Source: Octopus sinensis (Eukaryota). From it: DNA of 64,000 bases. The stretch spans positions 13,640,001 to 13,704,000 of the forward strand of contig NC_043002.1 of assembly GCF_006345805.1 (NCBI RefSeq), read 5' to 3'. Of the stretch, positions 52,140 through 64,000 are shown in pieces. Each line of letters begins with the position of its first letter. The stretch's first letter is position 1. The notes under the pieces were generated by a model. That model did not search any database, was not told the origin of the DNA, and saw only the letters and a program-made list of their open reading frames with translations. Position numbers and translations under genes: made by a program.

Positions 52140-52350
52140 CGGTGAATGTAGCCTTCGGTGAATGTGCGTGTGTGGATTTGTGTTTGTCCCCTCACCATCG
52201 CTTGACACCCATATTGGTGTGTTTACGTCCCGTAAGATAGCGGTTCGGCAAAGGAGACCGATGGAATAAGTACTAGGCTTACATAGAATAAGTCCTAGGG
52301 TCGATTTCTTCGATTACAGACGGTGCTCCTTCACGAAGTAAAAGAATAAA
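52140..52350 (+). mobile_element. SINE family A 3' half
   Basis: tttgtcccctcaccatcgcttgac...gcggttcggcaaaggagaccgatggaataagtactagg. Confidence 0.8.
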
Positions 52351-52547
52351 CCAGGAAAAGAATAAATATATTGTGTATATGTATATGAATGTGTGTTTGT
52401 GTATGAGTATTATACAAACATACACACACATACCTGTTCACATATACGTATGTGTACGACGCTATCTGTCGATGTATATATGCATACTAACAGATCTAGT
52501 CCACCCTAATCGCGCGATCAATTATTGACGATGCCGAATATACATAC

Positions 52548-52592
<45 letters not shown>

Positions 52593-52595
52593 TAT

Positions 52596-52626
<31 letters not shown>

Positions 52627-52644
52627 AGATAGGGAGGAGAGAGA

Positions 52645-53190
52645 GATGTGCTAGGAACCTTAATCCTAATTTCCTAATTTTCCACTTCTATCCATGTTCA
52701 CAGAACACATCAGTACAACAAAGAATGTATAAAGAGGCAACTTTCATCAATAAATATCTTCCCCAACTTAATATGAGCACTGAACGAAATACAGAACACT
52801 ACTAAACTTTCAATTAACACAACTAATCCCCATACATCCCATACACCGTTCACATTACAAATCTATATCTACTCGAATTGCACCAAATCCAGAACTACTT
52901 ACCTCTTTTACGCATAATATTTTTACTCAGGGACTGGTAGACCTGACACCGTTCATTAATCGGTGTACATTCAAAGCAAGGATTAGTTAATTTACGAAAC
53001 CGGTATGCTTTTAAATCACTTTAACAATTCACAATATTGACTTTTATTACTTTTATTCCTACCTCAGTTCATCTAATTGTATATATCTATCGTTACTTTT
53101 CATAAAAAGCCCTTACTTTTTTGATTTCCAATTAGCATTTTCGCTTATCTTCTTACTTTCGCCTAACATTTCTTTTTGTAATACATATCT
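52645..53190 (+). mobile_element. Penelope-like 3' fragment
   Basis: IFHFYPCSQNTSVQQRMYKEATFINKYLPQLN, then a UTR with a GAAACCGGTA hammerhead remnant. Confidence 0.6.
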
Positions 53191-53205
53191 ATCATATATA
53201 TATAT

Positions 53206-53504
53206 CACGTGATCACGTGACCGACCAGACCATCATATGTTGTTACACATCGCTGGTCACAATGCGTTCGCATTGTTTTAGCCTTCGAATGACGCCACCC
53301 CGCTGGCTAAGCGAGCAGGCCAACAGAAGAAAGAGTGGGAGAAAGAGCGGTGAAAGAGTACAGCAGGGATCACCACCCCCTGCCGGAGACTCGTGGAGCT
53401 TTTTAGGTGTTTTCGCTCAATAAACACAACGCCCGGTCTGGGAATCGAAACCGCGATCCTGCGACCGCGAGTCCGCTGCCCTAACCACTAGGCCATTGCG
53501 CCTC

Positions 53505-53506
<2 letters not shown>
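53206..53506 (-). mobile_element. tRNA-derived SINE family C, full length
   Basis: Minus head tggaggcgcaaTGGCCTAGTGGttagggcagcggactcg...GTTTCGATTCCc. Confidence 0.88.
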
Positions 53507-53562
<56 letters not shown>

Positions 53563-53638
53563 GAGGCGCAATGGCCTAGTGGTTAGGGCATATATAACAA
53601 CTCACAAGCACACACTCACAAGCACACTCTCTCACACA

Positions 53639-53687
<49 letters not shown>

Positions 53688-54505
53688 GACCACCACAAAT
53701 CAGCTGTAAAGAATTAGCTATAATTTCCTATCCGTCTCCTTCACCTTTCATCTTATGGATTTTACTACCAAGTACGAATCGGCAAGAATAGCTACTCAAA
53801 TTCTCTTCTAATCAACGACATTATTGCATGAATTTCCCGTGTATTTGTAACCATATATACTTGAAAAAGAATAAAAACAATTGTGCAAATCTGTTCATCA
53901 GATTTTCTGAAGCTCTATTTAATTTTTGCAAGAGAAATATGTGAATTTCCCAAACTGATGATATGAAAGATTAATTCGATTTATTTCATTTTATTTTTCC
54001 TTTAATTTCAGCACGATGAAATCTTCCTTTTAAAGTAATTCGAACCGGTGCAATATGTTGATAAAGATGTAAATATCTTCTTACTTCCATCCACGATGAA
54101 ATTCTCAAAGCATTTTCCTCTCTTTGCTACTTAATTTAAACCTACTTATGTGAAACCCCTCAACCTTTTCAATACTCAATATATATATATATATATATAA
54201 CCAAGGAAACGGACATTTCTTTTTTAAACAACGAAAAAACAGAGTACAAAACATACAACACAAGGAAAATTCCCCTTCTTCAGCCGCCTCTGTTTCGTCT
54301 ACTCCCTGTTTCGAAGGTAAAGGTGAGACACGACTCCGTTGAAACAGCCCTTCCCGCAAAGCAAATTAAATAAAATTTGTGATTTTCTGCGGAGGGGTAA
54401 AAGTGGTAACAAAAAACAGGACAGTAAAAACAATACAAATAAAAACAGTAAAAGACAGGACAAAGAGAATAACAGTAACACAAACAATATATATATATAT
54501 TATAT

Positions 54506-54548
<43 letters not shown>

Positions 54549-54664
54549 ATGATATAAACGATTGTTTTTATTAGAAACAAGAGGGTTAATAGGACTGCAA
54601 AAGAAGTGCTCAAGTAAATGAGACAAATATAAAACTTTGGTTGTAGAAACAACAATAAATTTAA

Positions 54665-55316
54665 GGTCATCCACCTAACATATCACACCTCGAACATTTA
54701 ATCACATATAAAGAAACATAATGCTTTTTCTTATACATAGAATACGGATGCACAAAAACACAGAAGATGAATTAATATGTCATTTAGACAAGCATATAAA
54801 AAAGTGAGTACAGTCTATCGCAATATAAAAAAAATTATAAAAATACTACTTCAGCGTCTAAGAAATTTTTTACATTATAAAACCTACAATAATAAATATA
54901 TACAAAAATATATAAGAAATATAAATATACGTATATATTAGAGACAAAAGAGAAAAAAGAAAAAAAACTTCATTTTTCCACAAACAAAGCAACAACCAAG
55001 AACAACAAATAATTTTAAAAACTATACATAAGGTATAGGTAAAAGTTCATCGATTAAGAATTTTTTACGATTAAAAGCTACTTATTAAGATAAAGAGAAA
55101 CCTTTTAAGGAAAGCCGGTGTCCAAGCAAAAAAAAAAAAAAAACATATTTACAGTCCCTATGGCCATTTCAGGGGTTCATCAACGTAGACAATACTTGTC
55201 TAAATGAAATATTGTTTCATCTTGTGTGCTTTTGTGCATTCTATGTATAAGAAAAAGCATTATGTTTCTTTATATGTGATTAAATGTTCGAGGTGTGATA
55301 TGTTAGGTGGATGACG
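54665..55316. mobile_element. MITE with ~135-bp TIRs, TTAA-like flanks (Kolobok-type)
   Basis: TTAA|ggtcatccacctaacatatcacacctcgaac... and ...gttcgaggtgtgatatgttaggtggatgacg|TTAG. Confidence 0.7.
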
Positions 55317-55332
55317 TTAGCACCAACGTAAA

Positions 55333-55543
55333 CGTTAGCACGCCGGGCGAAATGCGTAGCCGTGTTTCGTGTACCGTTACATTCTGAGTTCAAATTCCGC
55401 CGAGGTCGACTTTGCCTTTTATCCTTTCGGGGTCGATAAATAAAGTACCAGTTACGCACTGGGGTCGATGTAATCGACTTAATACCTATGTCTGTCCTTG
55501 TTTGTCCCCTCTATGTTTAGCCCCTTGTGGGCAGTAGAGAAAT
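55333..55543 (+). mobile_element. SINE family B, 5'-truncated
   Basis: aacgttagcacgccgggcgaaatgc...ccccttgtgggcagtagagaaata. Confidence 0.9.
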
Positions 55544-55679
55544 ATATATATATATGTGTTTGTGTGTGTATATGTATGTATGTATGTATGCATGTATGTA
55601 TATAATATGATATATTATATATAATATATATGTAATATAATATAATATATATATAACATATAATATATGCAGTGATATA

Positions 55680-56090
55680 CATTGGGAAAAGCCTGGAGGG
55701 TCTTGTCCCAAACTTTGGCATTCAAAATTACCCCAACAGCAGAAAGGGGCGCCACTGCATGGTGCCAAAGATCTCAACATCACCATCAAAATACAGGACC
55801 AGATACTGCAACAACTTGGGTTTCAGAGGACCACAGCTCTCCAATATCCTTCATAAAGGCCTGAGAGACCTGCATGGTGTGGATGTGGGTTTCTTTAGGA
55901 CTAAACTGGATCTCTTCTTTTCAGGGATCCCAAAGGAACCTACCTCTTGGCAGGAAACACAGATGCGAGTAGCGGCATCGAGCTCCCTTGTTGATCAAGT
56001 GCCACGTATCAGAGGTGGTTTCACATACTATTATAGCTCTGTCAACGGTGGTACCCCAGCATGGCCGCAGCCTTCGGGATGGAACATTTT
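55680..56090 (+). mobile_element. CR1/L2-like LINE 3' end (same family as 29400-30410)
   Basis: GRHCMVPK...YCNNLGFRGPQLSNILHKGLRDLHG...KLDLFFSGIPKEP, with the tail stem-loop. Confidence 0.85.
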
Positions 56091-56311
56091 TAAGGATTAA
56101 GGATTTATATATATATATATATAAACCAGCTTAGAGAAGAAGAGACGAAACGAAACCAAACGAATCGAATCGACGCGAAGGCGCTCAGTCATACAATAGT
56201 GTAATAAATAAAATTATGCACAGTACACAACATATATGTACGTACTACATCTACATGTATATATACATGCATATATAAATATATATACGTATGTACAGGA
56301 CACCACAAATA

Positions 56312-56411
56312 NNNNNNNNNNNNNNNNNNNNNNNNNNNNNNNNNNNNNNNNNNNNNNNNNNNNNNNNNNNNNNNNNNNNNNNNNNNNNNNNNNNNNNNNN
56401 NNNNNNNNNNN
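56312..56411. other. Assembly gap (100 N)
   Basis: Run of N. Confidence 1.
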
Positions 56412-57159
56412 CCACTCCAGCCCCACATGGATAAAAACACATACATCCCCTAAAAATAATAATAATAAAAAAAAAAAAAAAAAAAAAAAAAATGGGAGTA
56501 ATCCCATTCACACCAATTATATGTATACAATTATACACACTTGAATAATACATACTAGCCCTAATATACAGAACATACTATAAATCAATCACCAACTAAC
56601 CACCACAACAATGAACACCCACCCCATACAATGACAAAACTCCCCATACCCTATTTACACATACATAGTAATCCCAATATATTCTTCCATACATGGACGC
56701 AAGTGCGTGAAGCACATGAACATAATTAGTACGTACAACCCCTAATACACACTAATATATACGTATCAAGCTCGACCTCCACAGTGATAAGTTTACACAC
56801 AATCACACCCAGATGGGTGAATTGCACAACCAGTGAATGCTCACACATACGGGCGCGATTACATTGTTGCATATATCGAGCCAAATAGTATGCATATGTA
56901 CATGTGAGGGGTACACGTAAATGAAGTGAGCGTGTACCCCCTGTATTTATACCCGTGCGTGAATACACACATGGAGACTACCACACAGGTACAATGTGTT
57001 TAGAAATGGGAGCCCCATCACTACACTTAATGTATACTCTCACCCATCCGCACGGATGTGTAAGCGTATCTCCGGTGTATATGTTGAGGCTTATATGTAG
57101 AGTTGTTTGAAGGGAACGTCGTTGAAATTGTGAATGAATGGGTAGAGTTGGGATTGTAA

Positions 57160-58730
57160 CCGGGTGGTGGACTAGTGTTGCTTGGAATTGTGAATGGATT
57201 AGGGTGATAATGAGGTAGGCATTGAGTATGGTTACTGTAAGTTGTTTGTTAGAGTTGCTAGGGTGAGCTAAAGCTCATAAATGTATATAATTGATTTTTC
57301 ATGATAGTTTTTTAGAATCCATTCATAATAAATTTTTTTAAGTCGCGTTGGTTTGCTACGTGGAAATAGTTTTTAGTTCCATTTATTATATTTTCTCCAT
57401 TCATACTATGAATGACGTTTACTTTCTAAGGCGCGTATTCTTTTTTACATTAGTTATTTCATGGTAACGTAATTTTGTTTGGTTTTTTAACGGCTAAGAA
57501 TCTAATTTCACTTCATAATTTGTAACTGAATTGTAAGTATGTATTTGATTTATCCTTATGTCATAATGTTATTTTTGATATTCTGGTTAATTACGATGTA
57601 TTTATTGTTGTTTTCATAAGAGTGTTTATGTATATGAGATTGGTGTGAGTTTTTAATTGTATAATTAATTTATTTATCTGTATGAGTGTGGGTGTAAATA
57701 TTGTTGTATATATCGAGTTTTAGTGAGTATGTATATGCGTATATGTGAGGGAGCATATGTATCTGTTGTGTGTGTGTGTTTTGCGTGTGTGTGTGTTTGT
57801 GTGTGAATGTGTATTTGGGTTTGTTATTTAGGATTTGGGATGTATGTGTTATTTGTCTGTGTGGGGAGGGAGTGGTTTTTGGTGTATATTGAGGTTTATA
57901 AGTTAGTATAGGTTTGTGTATAAGTCTTGGGTCTGTGGTTTACGTGTGGGTTTTTTGGGTGTGAATGTTTAGGTTAGGGGGATTGCTATATAAGTTTGTT
58001 ATAGGGTTTAGCAAAGGGAGATTTTATCGTTATATGCTTTTATGAGTTTTGGTTTATCATGGTTTTTTAGGTAATTCGTGGTATTTTGTCTATTTTAGGT
58101 GTTGGTTATTTTTTACATTGTTTCATTCATAATTTTGAGTGGTGTTCGTTTTGCCACGTGAATAACCGGGTGGTGGACTAGCGTTGCTTGGAATGTGAAT
58201 GGAATAGTGTAGTAGTGAGGTAGGCATAGAGAATGGGATTGGGTTACTGTAAGTTGTTTGTTAGAGATGCTAAGGTGAGTTAAAGCTCATAAATATATAT
58301 AATGTTTTTTGTGGGTGTGTAAGTATTGTTGTATATGTCGAGTTTAGTGAGTATGTTTAGGCGTATATGTGAGGGAGTATATGTATCTTTTGTTGTGTGA
58401 GTGTTTTGCGTGTGAGTGTGTGTTTTGGTGTGAATGTGTATATGGGTTTGTTATTTAGGTTTTGGGATGTATGTGTTAATTTGTCTGTGTGGGGAGGGAG
58501 TGGGTTTTGGTGTATATTGAGGTTTATAAGTTAGTATAGGTATGTGTATAAGTCGTGAGTCTGTGGTTTACGTGTGTGTATTTGTGTGTGAATGTTTAGG
58601 TTAGGGGGTTTACTTTATAGGTTTGTTATAGAGTTTAGCAAAGGGAGATTTTATCGTTATATGTTTTTAAGAGTTTTGTTTTATCATGGTTTTTTTAGGG
58701 AATTCGTGGTAATTAGTCTATATTTTCGAT
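57160..58730 (+). repeat. Diverged tandem duplication (57160-58100 vs 58166-58730), G/T-skewed, probably a Penelope-like 3' region
   Basis: ccgggtggtggactag..ttgcttggaa and tttaggttagggg...tttagcaaagggagattttatcg each occur twice; the second copy lacks ~390 bp. Confidence 0.7.
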
Positions 58731-58843
58731 ATGGATTTTATATAGGTTATTATGGATATATACTTATATTTTTTCATTTATACTTTAATTATTTATAAGT
58801 ATTATTTTTATATTTTAAAATTTTGATTTTTTAGATTGGAAGT

Positions 58844-58886
58844 CCACCTGAAGATTGTCGATCAAGACAAGAAACGATTGTAGTGG
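58844..58886 (+). ncRNA. Canonical type I hammerhead ribozyme (Penelope-terminal-repeat type)
   Basis: CCAC-CUGAAGA-UUGUC(GAUCAA)GACAA-GAAAC(GAUU)GUA-GUGG: 4-bp stem I, 5-bp stem II, intact core, GUA cleavage triplet. Confidence 0.8.
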
Positions 58887-59098
58887 CGGTTTTTTTGACT
58901 ATTTATTAAATTTTATGTATTGATTAAGTCTTTCCTTGTTTGTTTTGCAAAATAGTGGTTTTGTCTCAAATAATATTTTATAATATTTTACTATAAAATT
59001 GGATTAATCCTAAATCTGATTTTTTTTCCCTGTAAATTTGGATATATTCCCTAAATTTATTATTATTATATATATATATAATATATATAATATATATA

Positions 59099-59139
<41 letters not shown>

Positions 59140-61640
59140 CTGATGGATGAGTATTTCCTGACTCAGCTAGTGCTTGAACCAACGAGACGAATAAAACGAT
59201 CTTGGATCTGGTACTGACCAATCACTCTAGCTACGTTCACAGTATTTCAGTCGAAAAAACTCTCCTCTCAGACCACGACATGGTACTCTGCAATCTTAAT
59301 TCCCGACATATAAAAACCAACCAGCCAATCCCACTCCATGGCACCCATTTGACAACATAAACTTCCACAAAGCGGACTGGGGAACAATCAGAAAGGATCT
59401 GTCTTCCATCGACTGGTCTTTTACTCTCATTCCCCTCATATTGAGACCGCGTGGCATCACTTTGAAACCATTGTCACCGACACATGCTCTAAACACGCTC
59501 TCAAGAAATCTACTAACACAAACAGAAACCGGCTCCCTAAAAAGAAAAAAAACACTCATCAGGCGCATCAAAAGACTCAACAAAAAAATCAACCAATTAA
59601 AATATTCCCACACACAACATCCACATTCAACAACAATGAAAAACTAGAGCTGGAAAAACTTCATCTGCAGACTAACATGAAAACTCCATTGAAAATCAAA
59701 GAGCTGTGGAGGAACAATGGGTAATCAAAAACATCAAACAGAACCCAAAAGTATTCTATTCTTATGCAAATAAGCATAGAACCACTGTCTCACCCATTGG
59801 GCCATTGATTGATGATAACGGCTTTCCCCACGATGCTAAAGAAATGGCAGAAATACTGCAGAAACAATACTGCTCTGTCTTCAGTGTTCCCACTGATATT
59901 GACGTGAAGAAAACGAACGAAGTGACTCCCAACAAAAATCGCAGACATAACCTTCACTGCCACCGACATCGTAGCAGCAATAAATGAGGTCAAACATTAC
60001 TCTGCTGTAGGCCCTGATAGATTTCCCGCTAGTCTCCTGAAGGAATGTAGATATCAACTTGCAGTCCCTCTGACCAACCTCTGGAGAAACTCGTTAGACG
60101 CAGGTTATATACCGAAACAGTTTCTATCCCAGTCGGTCATCCCGGTTTTCAAACAGGGAAACAGATCCCTCGCAGTCAACTATCGCCCAATCTCACTCAC
60201 CTCCCACATCATTAAAGTGTTTGAAAGAGTGTTAAGATCAAGGATAGCTGACTTCCTGGAGACCCACAAACTCCTAAATTCAAATCAGCATGGCTTTCGC
60301 TGTGGCAGGGACTGTCTAACACAGCTCTTACACCACATTGAAGATGTACTCAAAGCCTGGGAACAGGTTCGAACTCTGACGTCATATACCTTGACTTCAG
60401 TAAAGCGTTCGACAGGGTAGACCATAACATCCTACTCTCAAAATTGGCAAATGTTGGAATCCGTGGAAAAGTTCTACACTGGATTCAGTATTTCCTAGCG
60501 AATAGAACACAACATGTTGTAGTTGATGGAGTCCACTCAAACCCAGCAAAATTCACCAGCGGTGTTCCCCAGGGAACTGTTTTGGGTCTGCTACTCTTCA
60601 TAATTTATGTAAACGACCTTTCCAGTGTCGTACATCACTGCAAAGTGAAAATATTCGCTGATGACACTAAGCTCCAGCAAATCGTCAATGAAGAAGCAGA
60701 CCGAACTCAACTCCAGTCTGACCTATATGCTGTGAGTCAATGGGCAGACAGAAACAAAATGCAACTGAATGAGGGAAAATTTGAGCTGATGCATTTTGGA
60801 AGAAATTCCTCACTAAAACAACCATACTCTCTTCCTTCAGGGGAACCGCTCACAGCCTCTAACAATATCAGAGACCTGGGTGTAATTGTTGATGACGATC
60901 TCAGTTGGAGTGCACACATCAACAAGAAGGTCGATACAGCTCGTAGGATGAGTTCCTGGATCTTAAGAACTTTCCGGTCCAGAGAACAAGGTGTCATCAT
61001 ACCACTTTTTTCATCCTTTGTACGGCCACACCTTGAATACTGCTGCCCACTGTGGTCTCCTCACACAAGACAAAACAATCTCCAGAATTGAGTCACCCAG
61101 AGGGCTCTCACTAAACAAATTGAAGGCATGGCTGCTCTCGACTATTGGGATCGCCTTAAAGCCTTGAAACTTTACTCCCTCCAGCGTCGCCGTGAGCGGT
61201 ACATCATTTGTACGATGTGGAAAATATACCGCCAACTTTGCCCAAACGACCTAAACATTAGCTTCAAGGTTCATCCGAGACTTGGACCACGGGCTATACG
61301 TCCCCTGCCAAATTCAAGATCACAACATACATGTACACTGCAACATAATTTCTTTTCCTCAACAGGCCCTGCCCTATTTAACATTGTCCCGAGGAGATCA
61401 AAGAGGAAAAGGATCCCATCAACTTCAAACAGAGTCTGGATAGATTCCTTCAAAGAATACCAGATAAGCCACCCATAATTGGATACAACTCACCCAACAA
61501 GAACTCACTACTTGAACAAAACTGGATACAACTCACCCAACAAGAACTCACTACTTGAACAAAACTTGACTTAAACAGGATTCGAATAATCCTATCAGGT
61601 GGTGCTATTAAGTTAGACATGGCCTGGACCAATCTCTGGT
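59140..61640 (+). mobile_element. 5'-truncated CR1/L2-like LINE (AP-endonuclease C-terminus plus RT), frameshifted
   Basis: EPTR..ILDLVLTN...SDHD; GPDRFP; NYRPISLTSHIIKVFER; QHGFR; YLDFSKAFDRVDH; SGVPQGTVLG; FADDTKL; RPHLEYCCPLWSP. Confidence 0.92.
61480..61565. repeat. Exact 43-bp tandem duplication near the LINE 3' end
   Basis: tggatacaactcacccaacaagaactcactacttgaacaaaac x2. Confidence 0.95.
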
Positions 61641-61765
61641 CGAAACATATCTAAGTTTATATATATATATATATATATTAGATACATATATATCTATATA
61701 TCTATATGTACATACATATATATATATATATAATATATATATATATATACATACATTTATATATA

Positions 61766-61895
61766 TTGCCTTTCATCCTTTCGGGGTCGATAAATTATTT
61801 ACCAGTTACGCACTGGGGTCGATGTAATCGACTTAATCCGTTTGTCTGTCCTTGTTTGTCCCCTGTGTTTAGCGCCTTGTGGGTAGTAAAGAAAT
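61766..61895 (+). mobile_element. SINE family B 3' half
   Basis: gcctttcatcctttcggggtcgataaattatttaccagttacgcactggggtcg. Confidence 0.88.
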
Positions 61896-61954
61896 ATATA
61901 TAAAGAAATATATATATATATATATATATAAAAGAACCAAACGCTGTAGGTTAA

Positions 61955-62150
61955 TTAAGTCGGTTCTCTCTGGACAGGATGCTGGTCAGTTATAGGTTTA
62001 TTTGGTTTTGCCAACTGAGTGGATAGGAAGAACGTGAATGACATATTATGCTCAAGAACACAATACGCCACCGAGTCCAGGAATTGAAACCACAATCATA
62101 TATTTAAGCTACGCACTCCTACACCTCAATCACTAAGCTACACGCCCTCA
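61955..62150 (-). mobile_element. Degraded tRNA-derived SINE (family D)
   Basis: caactgagtggataggaagaacgtga...gctcaagaacacaat...ggaattgaaacc. Confidence 0.5.
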
Positions 62151-63169
62151 CACACCCTCGCACGCACACACACGTACACACATATTTATGAGTAGCCAAT
62201 ATGTCACTGTTATACGTACATATAGAACAATACATCACTTTTGTTTTGGTTACATATTTATTGGTAGTGCTAAGAAGTAGAAGCTAATATCACAGTGATC
62301 TGATTTTACTATTCGACTCCCAGCTGAATTCTTGTCGTTTGCGTCGGCAATATTCTTGTAAATGGCGTAGGTGTTTTATAATTGCATCCTCTGAATACAT
62401 AAATTTCTGACCGATTTTTTTTGTTTATTTTCTAAAGAAGGGTAATCAATTTTGGTTAGGTTATTATTTCCATATGAAGTTTGTTGCAGTTCAGTTGCCA
62501 AGTTATCGAACTTTATTTTATCACCAACAGATTTAAGGGACAAATAATAAGAAAATACTAATTAAAAAAAAAGAAGAAAATACTGTTTTCTTTACGCTTT
62601 AACAAACAAAAAGACAATATAATAATCGTAACTGGGTCATGAACACTTATAGCCGTTGGCTCATCATTAATTGACAACTTATCTTCATTGAAAAGAACCG
62701 TGTTAAAGGTAGGAGCAAATAGGTTAATAGAAATTCGAATCCGTTAAATAACAACAACGACAACAACATAAAGAATAAAATAGGCTCAAAGGAACAATAT
62801 GAAGAGTAGACGAAGCATCGGCGTGCCTAAGGAAAAAACACAAAAAGCTAAACAACAATAAATTCAATCAAGCATTTACAAGTAACTAAATTAAGGATTT
62901 CTTTGGGAGAAATAATCGAAGAAGGCAGCAATTTTTGGAAGGCAATTGGCAGATAAAAATGTTATGAATTTTTTTTTTTTCATCGACTGAAGTGTTGAAA
63001 TATAATTTGTTTTAATGAACGTCTTGTGAGAAGAAATGCTGCGATAAATTGAAGGCGAAAACGAGCAATGAATCAATCTTCTACTTAAACGATCGATTTG
63101 AAATAACAACAACAATAACAACGGCAGCATTTCCATTGTAGGCTGTCGTTTTGGAGAAGGGGGCACTTG

Positions 63170-63288
63170 ATGAAGTTGACCTCCAGTTCTTCACTGGCAC
63201 GTATTTCGCCGGCCCGGAAAGGATGAATAGCAAAGTCAACTCGCAAGGCATTTTGTCCGGCATGGTAAGCATTCTGCCAGCTCGCTGC
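63170..63288 (-). mobile_element. SINE family B, degraded
   Basis: ggcccggaaaggatgaatagcaaagtcaactcg...attctgccagctcgc. Confidence 0.7.
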
Positions 63289-63328
<40 letters not shown>

Positions 63329-63374
63329 TAATAATAATAATAATAATGATAATAATAATAATAATAATAATAAT
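63289..63374. repeat. (AAT)n microsatellite
   Basis: Visible repeat. Confidence 0.95.
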
Positions 63375-64000
63375 CCTATTGCTAACTTGCAATAGGATGC
63401 ACCATCCAAAGGCAGGCTCAGATCGTCTTTATCTTCTCAGAGCTCAAGAAGGTTGTGGCTTGATCCAGTTTAAAATCTCTTAGAAAACCATGACAAATGG
63501 ACTGGCAAAACATCTCGAAACATCTAATGACTGGATGCTAAAACTCGTTGAAAATCAAGAAAGACGTAAGAAGCTTCATTCTTTTATGAAGGAGAGCACA
63601 GATTTGCTAGTGAGTTCATGTATAATACTCAGGTTGAACAGCATGATGAAAGAGCGGTCACTGTAGTTGCAAAGAAGGTGAAATCAATAGCAAAGCAAAA
63701 TGCGTTTGAAATATTGACTGATAGGTTAAAACAAAAAACCTTCGCCTGGCAAAAATGTGGCCTGTAGCAAACAAGCTGATGTAGACCAGAAGCACATCCA
63801 TCAGTAGCTACGGAGCTCGGGGCTAAATGCAGAGAGCAAAGGTTTTATCTTTGCTGCACAAGATCAGAGCTTATGAACCGGTACTACCAGAGCCAGTGTG
63901 AGGAAAGATGGAGTAGACCCAGAGTACCGATACTGCGATACGATTGAATCAATGGCACACCTAATCTCTGGGTGTAAGGTTTTAGTACCTGTAAATTATA
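63375..64000 (+). mobile_element. R4/Dong-clade retrotransposon, post-RT C-terminal fragment running off the window
   Basis: NRMHHPKAGSDRLYL, LRSSGLNAESKGFIFAAQDQSL, DPEYRYCD..ES..HLISGCKVL (CCHC region). Confidence 0.85.

Noticed and set aside
53430-53506. tRNA gene (also at SINE A and B heads)
   Set aside because: A/B boxes are present, but each continues into a SINE body and no full cloverleaf is evident.

Overview
This is AT-rich, repeat-saturated eukaryotic DNA. The SINE families and extreme microsatellite density point to an octopus/cephalopod genome (inference). No complete host gene can be supported, only a few weak candidate short exons on the + strand. The window is a nested mosaic of: (TA)n/(TATC)n/(CA)n/(TAA)n/(GAA)n microsatellites, which generate most ORF-track entries; at least four tRNA-headed SINE families; decayed LINEs (CR1/L2-like, RTE, R4/Dong-like); Penelope-like fragments; DNA transposon remnants (mariner, maT/Tc1, hAT-like, piggyBac, Helitron); MITEs; and a Gypsy pol remnant. 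There is one 100-N assembly gap (56312-56411). The most interesting signals are: (i) a canonical type I hammerhead ribozyme fold at 58844-58886, plus a dispersed family of ~200-bp non-coding elements each built around a minimal hammerhead; (ii) a 24-bp minisatellite born from the LETVVNPW-coding segment of a DD37D-type transposase, present twice; (iii) a 3' stem-loop shared, with compensatory changes, between the main SINE and a CR1-like LINE; (iv) several fold-back/palindromic elements. Coordinates of decayed elements are approximate and family names come from motif recognition, not database searches.
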